Assembly: GCF_008831285.2 (NCBI RefSeq)
Contig: NC_045138.2
Span: forward strand, 25,358,001 to 25,422,000
From: Nymphaea colorata
Taxonomy: Eukaryota
Reading direction: 5' to 3'
DNA length: 64,000 nucleotides
Shown piece by piece: positions 40,360 through 54,325 of this stretch. Each line of letters begins with the position of its first letter. Within the stretch, counting starts at the first letter, position 1. Below the pieces are notes generated by a model, which had not been told where the DNA came from, ran no database searches, and saw nothing but the letters and a program-made list of their open reading frames with translations. The position numbers and the translations under genes were made by a program.

Positions 40360-41077
40360 TCAACAATACCTTTCTTTTTCTTTAAGCATATGCATGTTAT
40401 GATGTTTGGATTGAGTTGTGTGCTCTTAGGAGCACCCAACCTCCATTGTATGTGGTAGGAGTAGAGACACATTTTATATATGTCTCTCCTTTTTTTTTTT
40501 GTGTGTGTAAACGTAGCTTTCCTTGTTGAGCTTTGGCCAACTCGAGGCCTCAGAACACAAGCCCAAGCTCGGCCTAACACTTCAAATTTAAGCTGGGGCT
40601 AAACTAATTAAAATATTTTTTTTAATATTAATAACTTTTTAAATAAAAAAATATTTTTAATAAGAAAATATATATTTTTATTTAAAATAAATTATGAAAC
40701 TGAGCCGGATAATTTTTTTTTTATCCTATCAAGCCACATATCAGTTATCGGTTGGGTACTCAGGCTCGAACGCCGAGACCTATTCCCGCGGTCGTGGAAA
40801 CAATTTTGCTTTTATAAGCAAAACTGGAGCTTAACTAGTTGGTAAGTTGTAGAAGCTGATGTGAGTTGTATAAGTTGATTCAATTCTTCTGCTATAATTG
40901 TACCAAAGCTCAACAAGGAAAGCTACGTTTACACATAAAAAAAAAAAGATGTATATAAAATGTCTCTCTACTCCTACCACATACAATGGAGGTTGGTTGC
41001 TCCTAAGAGCACACAACTCAATCCAAACATCATAACATAACATGCATATGCTTAAAGAAAGAGAAAGGTATTGTTGA
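40360..41077. repeat. Inverted repeat, arms ~40360-40536 and ~40903-41077
   Basis: tcaacaatacctttc...gtagctttccttgttgagctttgg versus ccaaagctcaacaaggaaagctac...gaaaggtattgttga. Confidence 0.9.
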
Positions 41078-41629
41078 AAAAAAAAAATTATTTTTTTGGT
41101 TTTTTTATCTTTAAAAAGATTTGTTTTTTTTTAATATTTTTATCATTAATCGTATTGACAGTACAAAATTTTGTTCAAGTTCGAGAAATATATCGGTACC
41201 AAGCAAGCATAATGTGAAGAACATAACTTATTATAAAAGATTGTAAATGATATATAACATTAGTAATCTGACCCATAAAGGCCAAGTCATATATGCAGTC
41301 CCTATTTTTTTTTAGGTACCGCCGTATTTATTTTGAGCTGGGTAGTATGGTCTTGAACTCACATCAGTCTCGACATTGTATGAACTGGTTTTGCGATAAA
41401 AGTGTATTTACTAAGAGGCGATAAGCAGTCAGACAAAACAGATTATGGTAACACAACTGTATAATTTATTTTGAGTACACTCAGTACTCAACTAGTTATG
41501 TATTGTTGATTAAGAATGGATCCAAGACATCAGTACACTCAAAAGAAATTTCAGTATGATATTGTGAGTGGGTATGTAGGACAAACAAGAAGCAAGAGAG
41601 AGAGAGACTCTGCAAACGCCAAAATTTTG

Positions 41630-41874
41630 CAGACCAAGGGCAGAGTAAAATCTCTTGAGAAAGAAGCCAGCAATCCATGGACGCTTTTAGAGAGAGAGAG
41701 GCAGAGGAGTAAGTAACTGCAAGCCAACGAGGAGGCAGAGGAGTAAGTAACTGCGAGCCAACGAGCTCGTTGGCTCGCAGTTACTTACTCCTCTGCATCT
41801 CTCTCTCTCTAAAAGCGTCCATGGATTGCTGGCTTCTTTCTCAAGAGATTTTACTCTGCCCTTTTCTTGGTCTG
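41630..41874. repeat. Spacer-less palindrome centred at 41765/41766
   Basis: ...gagccaacgag|ctcgttggctc.... The left arm carries an extra tandem 34-bp unit (41698-41731 and 41732-41765). Confidence 0.95.
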
Positions 41875-41906
41875 ACGGAAAAAAATAACAAATCTGAGAA
41901 CAACCA

Positions 41907-44900
41907 TGGGCATGGCTTTAGTCGCAGACATCAACCTCTACAGATATGATCCATAGATCCTACCTGGTACACATTCGCCCACCACCATTACATTCACTTA
42001 TTCTTCTTGGCCAATATTCTATGTTAGCTTCTTGACAATATTGGATCGGTTTGAATGTTGCAGGGAAGACTTATAGTCTCATTTGAAGGTAAATCATGGT
42101 GATTGTCATAACCTTCACCAGGAGCACCTATTTATACTTAGAGATGAAGGTGAAACAATCTTCTTTTTTGGTTGCTTTCATGGGGCCTACATATCCTTCC
42201 ATAACTGATGCAAATATATTTTGATTTCATGTATGACATTTTAACACCCCATGATGCATCTTCCTTTCATTCATATTTTCTTTTTGGATTTCCCCCAACC
42301 AAATTAATCTTTTTTGTCCATATATATCCAAACAAAAATCTTGTAGATAATATAAATCTTTTCTGTCCGTATATAACTTTTAAAAGTCTTATAATATACT
42401 TAAGATCTTATATAAAAGATGTGGGTATGAGAGGTCTCCAAAGGTTATTGTTAACACTACTTGGTCATTGAAGAAAAGAAAAAGGAAAGAAAGATTAGAG
42501 TTGAAATTGAAGCACGGTTTAGCTGTGTAGCCCATAAGGTTATGTTAACAATAACATCGCGAATTATCACTTTCGCCAAGAAACATCCAGATCTAGAAAT
42601 TTATCGAAAATAAAAAAATGTGTTTCGGGCCTCGTTTTGATATGTATGCTATTGAGTGTTCCACAATAGAGTTAAACATGAACGAGACAAACTACTTACA
42701 ATATGTTTAAGAATTCGTTGGGCTGCCTTTATATATTAGTCTTTCCATGAAGGCAATTTGGTGCATCATGTTTTATTAGTACCATGTCTCAACTTTTTTA
42801 AAAAAAAAAGGAAAAAATCAAACCGCCCTCAACTCAAGATACAGTTTAGAGGGAGTTTGATAAGAAAAGGACTATGTTTTTACTACGCATGTTTCCAAAA
42901 AGTATGCTCTGATAATACTATTTTACTGTTCCAGACATTAATATCCATTGTCACACTATGTTTTCTTAAATAAGAATGAAGGCAGTTCTTAGAATATGTA
43001 TTTTACAAACATGTATTCCAAAGTTGACGCTGCCATCTTTTTTTCCCGTTTAGGTCTAAACCAACAGCAGTCTGGATCAACCTTTGTGTATCAGTTTTAT
43101 CTCAAAGGGTGTCATATGCTACATAATAAGCCTGGGCATCGGGCTGGCCCAGCCTTAAATGGTTAAAATATTTTTTTTAAATATAAAATAAAAAATTTGA
43201 ACATAAAATATATTTTTAATAATAATATATATTATTATTAAATAACAATAATATTAAAAAATAAATTGGGCAGACCGAGCCAGTTTTTTCTAGCCCAAAC
43301 TCGGGCCTGATTAGACTGGGTACTGGGTACCCATCAGGTACCGAGGCCCTATGCCCAGACTTACTACATAATAAAAAAAAATCTAGTACCCAGGCCTAAT
43401 GAGGCCTGCCAAGACTTACTACAGAATCAAGAAAATATAGTTATGCAAGGGGAACCTGATTTATATGCTGGAAAAAAGGGACAATCTTTGCTCTTTCTAG
43501 ATTAAGAAATTAGGTTACATCCTATCAGTCGAAATCTATTAAGAGTAGTGCATGATAGTTCATATTGACAGAAGAACATGATAGTCCATATCGAGAATTT
43601 GGCTAATAGTTATGCCTTACCGCGGTTCCTTCGGAAATCTAATTGCGTAAATGAAGATAAAATGTCCAAAAACGCAAGGATAATAAAGATATAGTTTTTA
43701 GTGTCTAAATCAATTTTTATAATCTGAAAAAGTAAGATTAATCATTTTAAAATATTTCTAGCTAGGACACGACCCAGATTTTTTTTTTATTTTGAGAAAG
43801 TTTAGTCTCGTATTTTAAAATTTTGGAAATTTTTGATAATCTCCAATGGGGTTAGGCTAAATTGTCAGTTGTCTTGGTTTTTATCACTTTCATGAGTAAA
43901 ACTCACTCACTCACTCACTTTCGTGCCAGCACAAAAATACATTGCTATGCAACAACCCAAGGAAAGAGAAACACTTGTGCAGCTAAATTTTTCGAGTCTA
44001 ATGGAGAATAAATGTTTGCCATAGGCATTTAATTGAACATAAATTTAGTGCACCAAATGGAAATAATTTAAAAAGCATTTCACAATTTTCGTCTAATTTT
44101 TTTTCAATTGCATCGAAGAGAAAGAAATAGCTCATGAATCCATTATCAAATGCCACTTTACAAAGGAAACCACCGACTTTTTTGAGGTAAGTTTGGGCAC
44201 TACGCAAGGCCGCCTGTAAGTACTTGGTATGTAGTAAGTACTTGGTATGTAGTATCCGGCCCAATTAAGGCCTAAAAAAAAGACACTACGCTGGCTCAAG
44301 TGGATCCGATAATATTTTTAAGATATATTTTAATTAATTATATATATAATTATAATATTTTATGATGATTAATTATATCTATATATTATTTTATATTAAA
44401 AATAGATAATTTTTATTTAATCGAGCTAGACCCAAACGACGCTCGAGCTAGGGTTTTAACTGTTGCAAATGGAAGTGGCTTGATGAGAAAATTCATCTTT
44501 TTAATTGGGATTGGCAAAATTATTCTTCACACTTGAACTTCTTTGAAACAGTATTGTTTCTTTATCTTTAGGATCAACTTATGGTGCCAAAGGAACTGGT
44601 TTGAATACTTTGAAGGACACTTCACACTTGTTTTCTGATTCTATTTAACTTTATTGATTGTAAGTTTTTTTGGAGCTTTTGTAATTTTATTAAAGAAAAA
44701 AGTTGTTCACAAATTGCCCAAAGAAAAGGTCAAAGAGGATCGAGGATTTAGCACGAATGAATTTGAGGAGGACTGGATTTCGACGTCAATGTCCCAAGAA
44801 TGATCGATGGTGGATCGCCCGCTCTGGGGAGAAAAATTCGCGTTACGGCCTCCGAGCTCCGGTTCTTCTTGTCCTCTTCTCTTCCCAAGAATGATCGATC

Positions 44901-45528
44901 GTGGGTCGCCTGCTCTGGCAAGAAAAATTCGCGTTAGGGCATCCGAGCTCTGGTCCTTCTTGTTAGGGCATCCAAGCTCTGGTCCTTCTTGTCCTCTTCC
45001 CCAGAATAATCAATCGTGGGACGCCTGCTCTGGTAAGAAAAAATCGCGTCACGGGCAACTAGCTCTGGTTCTTCTTGTCTTCTTTTCTCTCTCTCGCGGC
45101 CGTTCTTTTGCATATTTCCCTGCTTCTAGGTTTCTGGAAGCAGGCGAACAGGCACAGCTGAAGAAAAGGTAAGAGAACAGCAATATGACCTCCCCCATTC
45201 TCTCTCTTTCTCTCTTATTGTCTTACACGCTTGCGCACACAAAAACACACGCATATGGATATTATATATCGTGATTCTGAAACTATTGAAGAGCTGTCTT
45301 TCCATCTATGAATGGTCATGTCCCCGAAGCATCTTTTCTATAGCTACCCACACATATATTTTTGATTAATTACAGATTCATAATGGGCAGATCCGGGGAC
45401 TGCCTCTTGTAGAGAATAGAGAAAGCACCTAAAGCTATTGAACCACAAACAGGTGGTGATGATGGAAAGGTATGACAATGGTGTAGCGGAATCAGTGAAT
45501 CTTGCATAAACATATGTATCTTTGGCAC
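41907..45528 (+). repeat. Direct duplication copy 2 (begins with the NAC exon-1 tail, TGG>TAG at DPW)
   Basis: Collinear with 35987-39522, with different indels and MITE insertions. Confidence 0.92.
43127..43363. mobile_element. hAT-type MITE with 8-bp target-site duplication
   Basis: TIRs TAAGCCTGGGCAT / ATGCCCAGACTTA. CTACATAA at 43119-43126 and 43364-43371. AT-rich core. Confidence 0.85.
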
Positions 45529-48500
45529 AGCCAACGCACATTTACATCTGCACGCCCACCCACATAAACGAGCATGCATTTACTCACGCACAAGCCACTC
45601 GAGCACACGGGTTCATTTCTCACGCTTTCACACACATTATGTTGTCGATCTGCAGAACGATAATGTCTAGGTTCATTTGCCATATTCATTGCAAATTGAT
45701 TGAAATCCAGTAAAGAAACGATGATAAAATCACAATCTTCCTGAAGCCAAGATCTGTTTGACATGGAAAGCTATGCTAGCATCTAGGCTGGATCCTCAAA
45801 TTGTGTTTTATTACTTCTTTTGGATGTATGCACTAACTTTAAAAGGCAAAAAGAAGAGAGGGAATTGGAATTCTAGATTTTTGGTGCATGAGTGGGAACT
45901 TTCAGGTCATTTTTCTCATGCAGTAACAGACATATGGGGTAAAATTCTAAAAATACGTGCTGTAGTGGCTATCTTGTACACAACTAGCATCAGTTTGAAA
46001 CTTGAAGTGTGACTGGTTAGGGTCTCTAGGCAATCTTAGGAACATAAAAGGTGCCAAAATTAACTAATTGCCTGACAAAATACATTCTAGATTGAAGTAG
46101 CAGTGGAAGCTTTTATGACTCTAGTTTTTATGGAAAAGAACTAACCCACCTTCCACAGGAAAGGGAGAATAGAATCTCACCTTAGAACAGGCAGAAACAA
46201 ATTTGTGCCAAAGCAAAAAATTGGGTGCGTCACAGTCAAGAGCAAATATATACATGAACATGTTAACTATGCTAAGTAGACATGGAGATGGTGGGATCTA
46301 ACTTGAGGACATTTCTATTCAGCTACATGGATGTTGTACTTACTATGCATTAACTATCAAATTTGCTTCAAAAGTCTCAAGTATCATACTAGGGTTGAAG
46401 TTTGTTACACAACTATCAGCAGTTTATATCTTGTTGGTAAATGGTGTGGAGACATATTTTTCTCAGCCACCTTGCATGTCCTTTGGTTCGTAATAACGTA
46501 AAATAACTTTTAGTTCCATAGTGATGATTCAAATGGTGAATTAACTATAAATGAATAGTAAACAAAGTACATAATAAATCATATGGGCATCACTTAAAGT
46601 GATCATGGTGTGTTATTTTTGCCAATTAAAGATTAACATACCTAGAAATGCACTCAGAAAGATTAACATATGCTGTCATGCACTCTTGAGAATGAGCCTG
46701 GCATGGCAGCAGCCTTTCTCTAATAATGACTACCATCTAGCTGCTTTGTTGTCCTCTCAAGTACCTTTCAACCAAGCAACTGTTGGTTATTTGAATTGAT
46801 CTTTGATTCTTTTGTCAATTAGAAGATGTAAGAGAAACAAATAGGTAAACGAAATTTCTCTAGCAATATTTTCATCATTGAGATGGAAATGTTTGCTGAT
46901 GACTTATTTTTAGCTCTGCAGAAAGTGCGAACCATCCAAAACTTTTTGAACATGTAAGAAAAATTCAATCAACGCATTATATAGAGAGAGATTGATCAAA
47001 TACATAGTGAAGAACCAAACCATGCTAACAACGTAATTTTATTGCATATAACTTTCTGCTCAGTCATGGTAGATATCCAACTGGTAGTTTTATTAAACAT
47101 ACATCCACACACTCATATTACATGTTATTCAATTTTAATTGGAGGAAAAACATCACAAATGAAATCTCGATAGGCTTACCTTCTTCATTTATCTATAGTA
47201 AAAATGCGCTATAAAAATTTATGACCTAACGTGGCCAAGTCATTGAGTCAACTTGCTAGCCTCATGACCCTGCCTTAGATGATCCAAGTCCGAGTCATGG
47301 GTTTGCCAACTATGCTTTTCCTTTTTGGTGAGGCCAAGGGGGGTGGGGCAGGAGATTGTAGTGCTTCAAAGATTATTCAGAAGAGCAAAATTAAATCTCA
47401 GTATTCCATTTTTGTGGACCTACAAGCCTATCCTTCATTTAAAGAAATCTAAGGTATTTAAATGCCCCTTCAGTGGTTTAGCTTCAATATCAAGAGTATA
47501 GCCTTAGACCATTGCGATTAAGACTTTGCAGGTACTTGAATGCAAGAAGAAAGCAATAAAAGTCTTCTTCAAATAGAGTTTCTCTTACCCTTCGGCTTCA
47601 GTTGAACATGGATGAGATTTTCCTGGCCCTCCCCCTTGTCTCTTCTCATCAAAATGAAGAGAAAATTAGCCCTTTGACGAATAGGAAACTCTGTCAAAAG
47701 TCCGAAACTATTATTAAAAGGTAAATAACAATTACTTTCAACCTTCTTTGGAAAGTGTATTCAATAGTTGTAATTCACAAAATTGTCCTCACACATTTGG
47801 CTAATAAATTTCCATTAAGCTTTTGAGTTGAAGGAGGTCAAGAGTTGAATAATGTGTATAGCCCATGGAGCTCGTCCATTTTGAAGACCACTGCATCTTT
47901 AGGTTCAATCATATCAAGAGCCAGACAACGATGGAATGCTTTGACTTCCGACCATGTCAAGAACCTGCATCATAGGAACGACGTGGTGTCTGATTCTGTA
48001 ATTTTAAAAGCATGAGAGGACTTTCATGGGGTGAAAAGGAGAAAGGCATTTGGGAGTATTATAAACAACAAAAATAAGGTATGTTCAATGCACAATTCAA
48101 GCTGTAGAATCTTGGGATAGTTAAGAAGCTCAAACATTTTCATGCATATATCTTCTTAAGCAACATACATCATGGCTATGGGTGGGTGTCAAGTTGAATA
48201 CCCAACTACATGGTTGGATACCTGTCAAATAAGCGCGTAACCACCAGTCTAGTTTGGGGCTAGGATATCAAATTTGAACCCAGGGCCCAGGCTTAATAAA
48301 AGTTAGGCCTAGCTAAGCTTGTCCAAAATGAGCCAAACTCGGATCAATCCTGATACCTGATTGAGTTTTCCTTAATGGGGTAGAGTGGTGAACATTTCTA
48401 ATCCATAATTTTCTTCTTTTTCTCTTTAACAAAACTCTCTCTCTTTCTTCCCTTATTTTTCTCTATTATCTTATTTAAGGTTTTCTCTTATAAAATCATC

Positions 48501-49225
48501 TATTCTCCTTTGCTCCGCTCTTTTCTCCTCTTGCCATTCCTGTGTCATCTTCAATCTAGTGTTTCATCCTCTTCCTCTCAGTCAGTTATTTGTGTGTCAT
48601 CCCAGTTTCTGCTGTCATCTTATGTTTTCAGTCATCTGTCCTCATATCCACATGGATAGGCACCCCGAATAGAGGCCAAACTTTGCGTAAGGAAGTCCAC
48701 TTCTCTATCTTTCTCTGGCTGATTAATGTAGCTTTCGCCAGTGAAGTTATCATCAACCATCGAACAATGATGACCCTGCTTCTCTCTCTTAAAATAGAAA
48801 CATCTAGTTTCTATTTAATACATACATACATACATTAAGACCTTCTCTCTAACATAGAAACATCTATTTTCTATTTATATATATATATATATATATCCTT
48901 AACGTAATCAAAAGAAAAAAGCAATAAACAGAGTGAAACTGCAATATATCATGTAAATCAGGAAAATAAAATAGTATCTACCACACTCACCACTTACTCA
49001 TTTTCCTTCATAAAGGGTCATCAGTCATGGATAGGGCCTACATTCTATAAAGAAAAAGTACGTGGTGAGTGTGGTGACTACCATTCAGTTTCTCTGTGTG
49101 ACACTATCTAAAATACATTCATGTTTTTATGCGAAATTTTATACCTACAACCTATCCATCTATCTCATTAGAGAGACCCTTCAAGGTCATCCCATATTTC
49201 AGGAATTTGGTTGGCCTGCAAGTCT

Positions 49226-49820
49226 TCAAATGGAAGAAGCTCTGGCAAACATTGTAGTGAAGTGGGTAGCACATGATATTCTGGTCCACGTCCATCCACC
49301 CAATGTCCTGCAAATTTCATCCTTTTCGGCCAGCTCATATGCCCTAGCAGCTAACTGGTCAAAAGTAGATATAATCCAATTCAAATGCTCCATGATAGGC
49401 AACAATACTTTTGAGAGCCTATGAAATTCTCGTTGAAGACAAGAGATGCTAGCTTCCAAGATCTGTGAATAAGTTTTGACAAGCTTGTCCCATAATTCCT
49501 TCGCTGAACACTCATCAGGAACATGCACCAGCACTTCTTGGGAAAGGGTAGAAGTAATGAAAGCAATGGCTTCCTGATCGTGTTTCAACTATATTTCAAA
49601 TTTAGGATTTGGAACTGATTCTTTAGTCGCAACATCATGCCTATCCTTGGTCTCATATGTGGTTCTGAAGGGACTGGGTAGAACTATCCAAGTGTTCTGA
49701 TAGACCTTGATGAATGGGAAGATTTGATGCTCCCAATTAGGAGAATTGGTGTTGGTAAGTTTTCAGAAATAAGCTGGCCCATAAAGTTAAAAGAGATGAT
49801 AGACTCAGAGTAAGAATCCA
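49226..49820 (-). mobile_element. Degenerate copia gag remnant
   Basis: KLTNTN..NW and NPKFEI*LKHDQEAIAFITSTLSQEVLVHV...SAKELWDKL...LQREF resemble the copia gag (UBN2-like) region. Contains stops and frameshifts. Confidence 0.7.
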
Positions 49821-50867
49821 TGGAACAGCTCAGAAGAGACCTGTTTGAAAGAATTACTCAGCAAAAAAAGGAATACTAGCAGCCAAGGAAATAAAAAAAT
49901 CAATGAACAATATCTACGTTCAATGCTTATTTTGTTTTTTCTGGAACAGACCAGATTAGAGTAACATGGTTGCAACAATTAACTTATCGTACAGCAGATT
50001 AACTTTTGATCTAAATCCTTTTTTAGCTTTATGGAGGAAGAATGAAAAATAATAAGGTGTACGATGAGCAAAGAATAAAACAAAACGATTTTGATGGCTG
50101 CTGGGGACCGGTTTTGCTAGAAAAAAAAAAGCAAACAATTTCAATGTCAGGAAAAGAGAAATAGAGAGAATCACGGCTGACCAAGATCAATAATGAGGGA
50201 CAAAAAAGATAACAAAAATAACCTCAAGCATGATGGGTAATCACAAAAGATGTAGAAAACAACACACCCTATACAAATAATGGCAATCGGGTTTGTAATG
50301 GACCCAGACCCAATAATATTAATACATACACTTCTTAACAAGCGGGGACCAGCTTGATGCTCCCCTTTTCATGGTCATGTAGCACATTAGGATTGAGCTG
50401 GTTCTCGTAGCCTAGTTTTATAACTAAAAGGCTAATGACCTATTCCTGTATGTTCTTTTCTATGAGTATTTGATTTCAAGTAATCTAATTTAATTAAAGA
50501 TTGATAATCCTGATTATATACTAGAACCAGATAAAGTTATAAACAAGATAAAAGACTTCCTTGTATGTAACATATAGTGACAAATAACAGAGGAAAGAAA
50601 TTTCATATTTTCATCTAATATGAAACTGGAGAGCTTCAATCATGAAGCTGATTTAATATATGCAAAATGCATGGATTGAAGCTGATCTTTCTGATTGGGA
50701 CAAGACAATCTTCTTTTATAAAGAAGCATGCAGGAGAGAAGTTTTTGGAACTTGGAATAATTTCTCCCAATATTTAATATTGGCTCCACAACAGCAACAA
50801 TAATCTACAAAGGCAGCCCCATTCCGAGTGTAGACACATCAAACATATTTCTACATATCATGGTCCT

Positions 50868-53800
50868 CTAGCACATCTAGAACACTCAAAGTAAATTTAA
50901 CAAGTTCGATGCTTGATTATTTTTGAAAGAGATGAGCTCAATTGACAGTCATAAAAATAACCTTTTGCAAAGTGAAAATTTACCTGATTAAGTTGATCAG
51001 GTGGTGCTGTACCATTATCAGGCCCGTAATCTTGGTCGTCCACAGGAAAAAAGCTGTCTAAATCAGATGGCTGAAGTTGAGATTCAGGTGGTACTATCAG
51101 GTCATTTAACATTCTCTCAAGGTCAGAGAAAGTGTTTATGGATGACCTAGCATTCATGTTATCCAAATATGAATTTGCATTTCCATACAGATCACCAAGA
51201 TTCTGCATTTGTCCTGGCAAGGGTGTGATTGGCATATCATGCATTCCAAGGCTTATATGGGTGGAGTTCATGGGGTCCGTACCAAAAGGGCTAGTGAATG
51301 GTTGAGTTGCATTGCTTAAACCTGGAAGCTCATTCTGAGCACATTGAAATATTTGATTAATGCCTTCGCTTCCTGTTTCGAATGCTGCCAGTGGATACCC
51401 AGTACTCTGTTCATGCATATTATGAGATATGACTGCACTTGTTCCTGCATGCTGACCATCAAACTGAAAACCATCCACCATCAATCCAGTATTAGAACCA
51501 GGAGCTACTCCAAAATGAGATGTGCTAGCCAAATTTAACTGATCATTATTTGCAGCTTGCTGACCAAAAGCATATCCATGGAATGGCAGAAGTTCATGGT
51601 CACCATGGTTCAAATTTGAACTCGAACTCCACATGGTTGAAGTAGGATCGTATCCTGATTGGGCTATATATGGATTTTGAAAGATGCTTTCATCTCCCTG
51701 GTTTCTCTGCTCCTGCATGAAGGATGGCATTGGTGGATTTTGAAGGACGCTTTCATTTCCCTGGTGTCTCTGCTCCTGCATGAAGGATGGTGCCCTTCCT
51801 ATAACGCTTGCTGGATCAGTAGACTTCATCAGTCCATAAGTCCCCAACCCTCTTCTATCATCTGCCCTGAAACTGCTATAGTAACTAGGCATGTTGGTGA
51901 AAGGACCAAGAGAGCCACTTTGCGGTTCCGCTACAGCTGTGGGAGGTAAAGGCTGTGTCGCTTGGTTTGCTAGACGAGGACCTGTGGAAGAACCAAGGCC
52001 ACCAGAAACGGGACGATCTTTATGTTCTTTACCTTCTGCCTCTCGTTTTCTTCGGTAAATTCTGTGTTTCTGCATTCACAAACACATAAACGGTTCTTTT
52101 CAGGAGTTTTGAGATCGATGACTGTTGGTTAAGAAAACATTTGATATCTTCTTAGGTGTTGCTTGGACTTTTTCCCTAAAAGGAACTTCCTGTTTGGGCC
52201 TTGCTTCAACTGGAGCCACTTGGGGCAAAAAGTACAGTACTTGGATCCGCAGTTCAGATCAGAAGGGTTATACTGTGTTCTACAAGTGAATGGTTAGATT
52301 AGGTGAAACCAGTGGAGAGACTTAGCGTTCCCACGGGTCTTGTTGGGGTGTCAACATGTTGGATTTGGGTCAAGTTTCAAACTCTCTGGATCTGTCTCAA
52401 TATGTTTTTTCCCGATCAAATTTGGGTTCACTACCAAATCTGGGGTAACTAGTTTAAGTTCTAATTTTACATGCAAATGGGTCATATCTTTGTTGGGATT
52501 AGGAATTGGATGCACATTATGCCTAATCCAGATCCGATTATCCTCCACTTATCTAATCCCACTAAACTCATCTGGATGTCAAGCATAGCATTCTAACCGG
52601 GAGAAACAACAAAAATTGGACATGAAAAACTTAAAATTCCTGGTTCAGCAGGTCCTACTCATATGAAAGACCACTGATTTTCCCTCATCATCATCAAACG
52701 AAAAGGTGGTAGATAAAAAATCAAAGGTTTAATATATAAAAACCATAAGATAATAAATTTAGCTGAACATCTAGGGGCGGTCCTTATATCATTGTCGGTC
52801 CAAATCTGAGCCTTTGTTTTCCTTATAAAAACTTGCCCATTAAATGAAAAAAAAAAAAAGAAAGAAAACCTCAAGGATATGATGAAACCTGTTCGTTAAA
52901 TGAATAATTTATCAAATAACTGTAACATTTTGTTCCCAAGAAATGGATTTCACCTGCAATCTGCTGCCTATCTGTTTCCTTGTCAGCTCTGTAACACCCA
53001 TAATGTCGAGTATCTTCGAAGGAGTGGCATCTAATCCAGTCAATTGTCATAAAGTAGCCCAGTGAAATACTATCCTTGAAACAAAGATATACAAAATATT
53101 GCACATAAAAATGCTTAGCTTTTGATAAAATGGTTCCAATTTTTTTAGCAAATTCTTTTATAACCGTCTTAACTCAAGCAGCTAACTGAAAGAGTTTGAA
53201 ACTTGATCAGGACTGTTCGTTATTTCACTAAAAATAGACCAGAGTTCAGCAAAATATTCTATCCAAAGGAATAATTGCGTACTTTCAAAACCCAACTGGT
53301 CTACAGCAAAAGCGAACTTCTTCTTCAGATCCGTCGTCCAGATGAACCTCTTCTTCCATTTCTGAGATGGTGGCGGAGATTCAGGCGCAGGCGCCGTCTG
53401 CTTACTGGCAGTGCCTGCTTCAGCCTCTGTGACGGCAGCTTTGCCATGGGGATCTCTCTTCCTGAGTTTAAACTTCCTGTGCCGCAGAACGTGCTGCCAC
53501 AGGTTTCTCAGCACATGAGGGTAAAGCGGCTTCAACATTACGGCCTTCACACCACTAAGTGTTGCCTTGAGAAGGCTCTCCTGATCAGCATTATCTGATA
53601 CAACTGTTCTCAGCACAACACAGACGGAAGTTTAAGTTTGGGTTACAATTCATACATCAGATAAAAAAAAATCTGTCTCACAAACAGGATCTGCAGTGAA
53701 TGATAAGGGAAAGGTGATTTGAGGTCTTGAGATCTTCGATTTCAAGGTTCCAAATTCACGAATTTTAAGATAAAAAAAAAAAGAATATCTTTTGAAGGAT

Positions 53801-54267
53801 GTGGATGTTAATATGAATCTGTAACCCTTACACTTTTAATTCACAGTTCTCAAATCAGAAGTCTCCTTATTTGGAAATAAACGAGATCTCAAATCCAAGT
53901 TATCTGCAATACTTAGAATCATGGATTTGGCTAGATCAGACTCTTGGATCCCCTTGTGAATCCACCTCAGAATCTAAATACCCATGTCAATTTGCCAAAA
54001 GCTGCAGTTCAAATATCGCTCCAACTGCCTTTCACTCGAGGGCCCATATATAGATGTAAATTGGATCGGGTATAGTAGCTTTTGGAGAGCTCAACTAACA
54101 GGATATAGGCCAGTGAAACTTGTGGCAGGAATCTTAAATTCAGATTGACAAGTTACAAATCCAAATCCCAGTTTTGGATCTGGATTTGGAAGATGCCCAT
54201 GAAATTCAATAAAAAAAATCCTAGCCCATACTAATTTGGATTTGACTTTCATAAAGTTGATTAAGAA

Positions 54268-54325
<58 letters not shown>

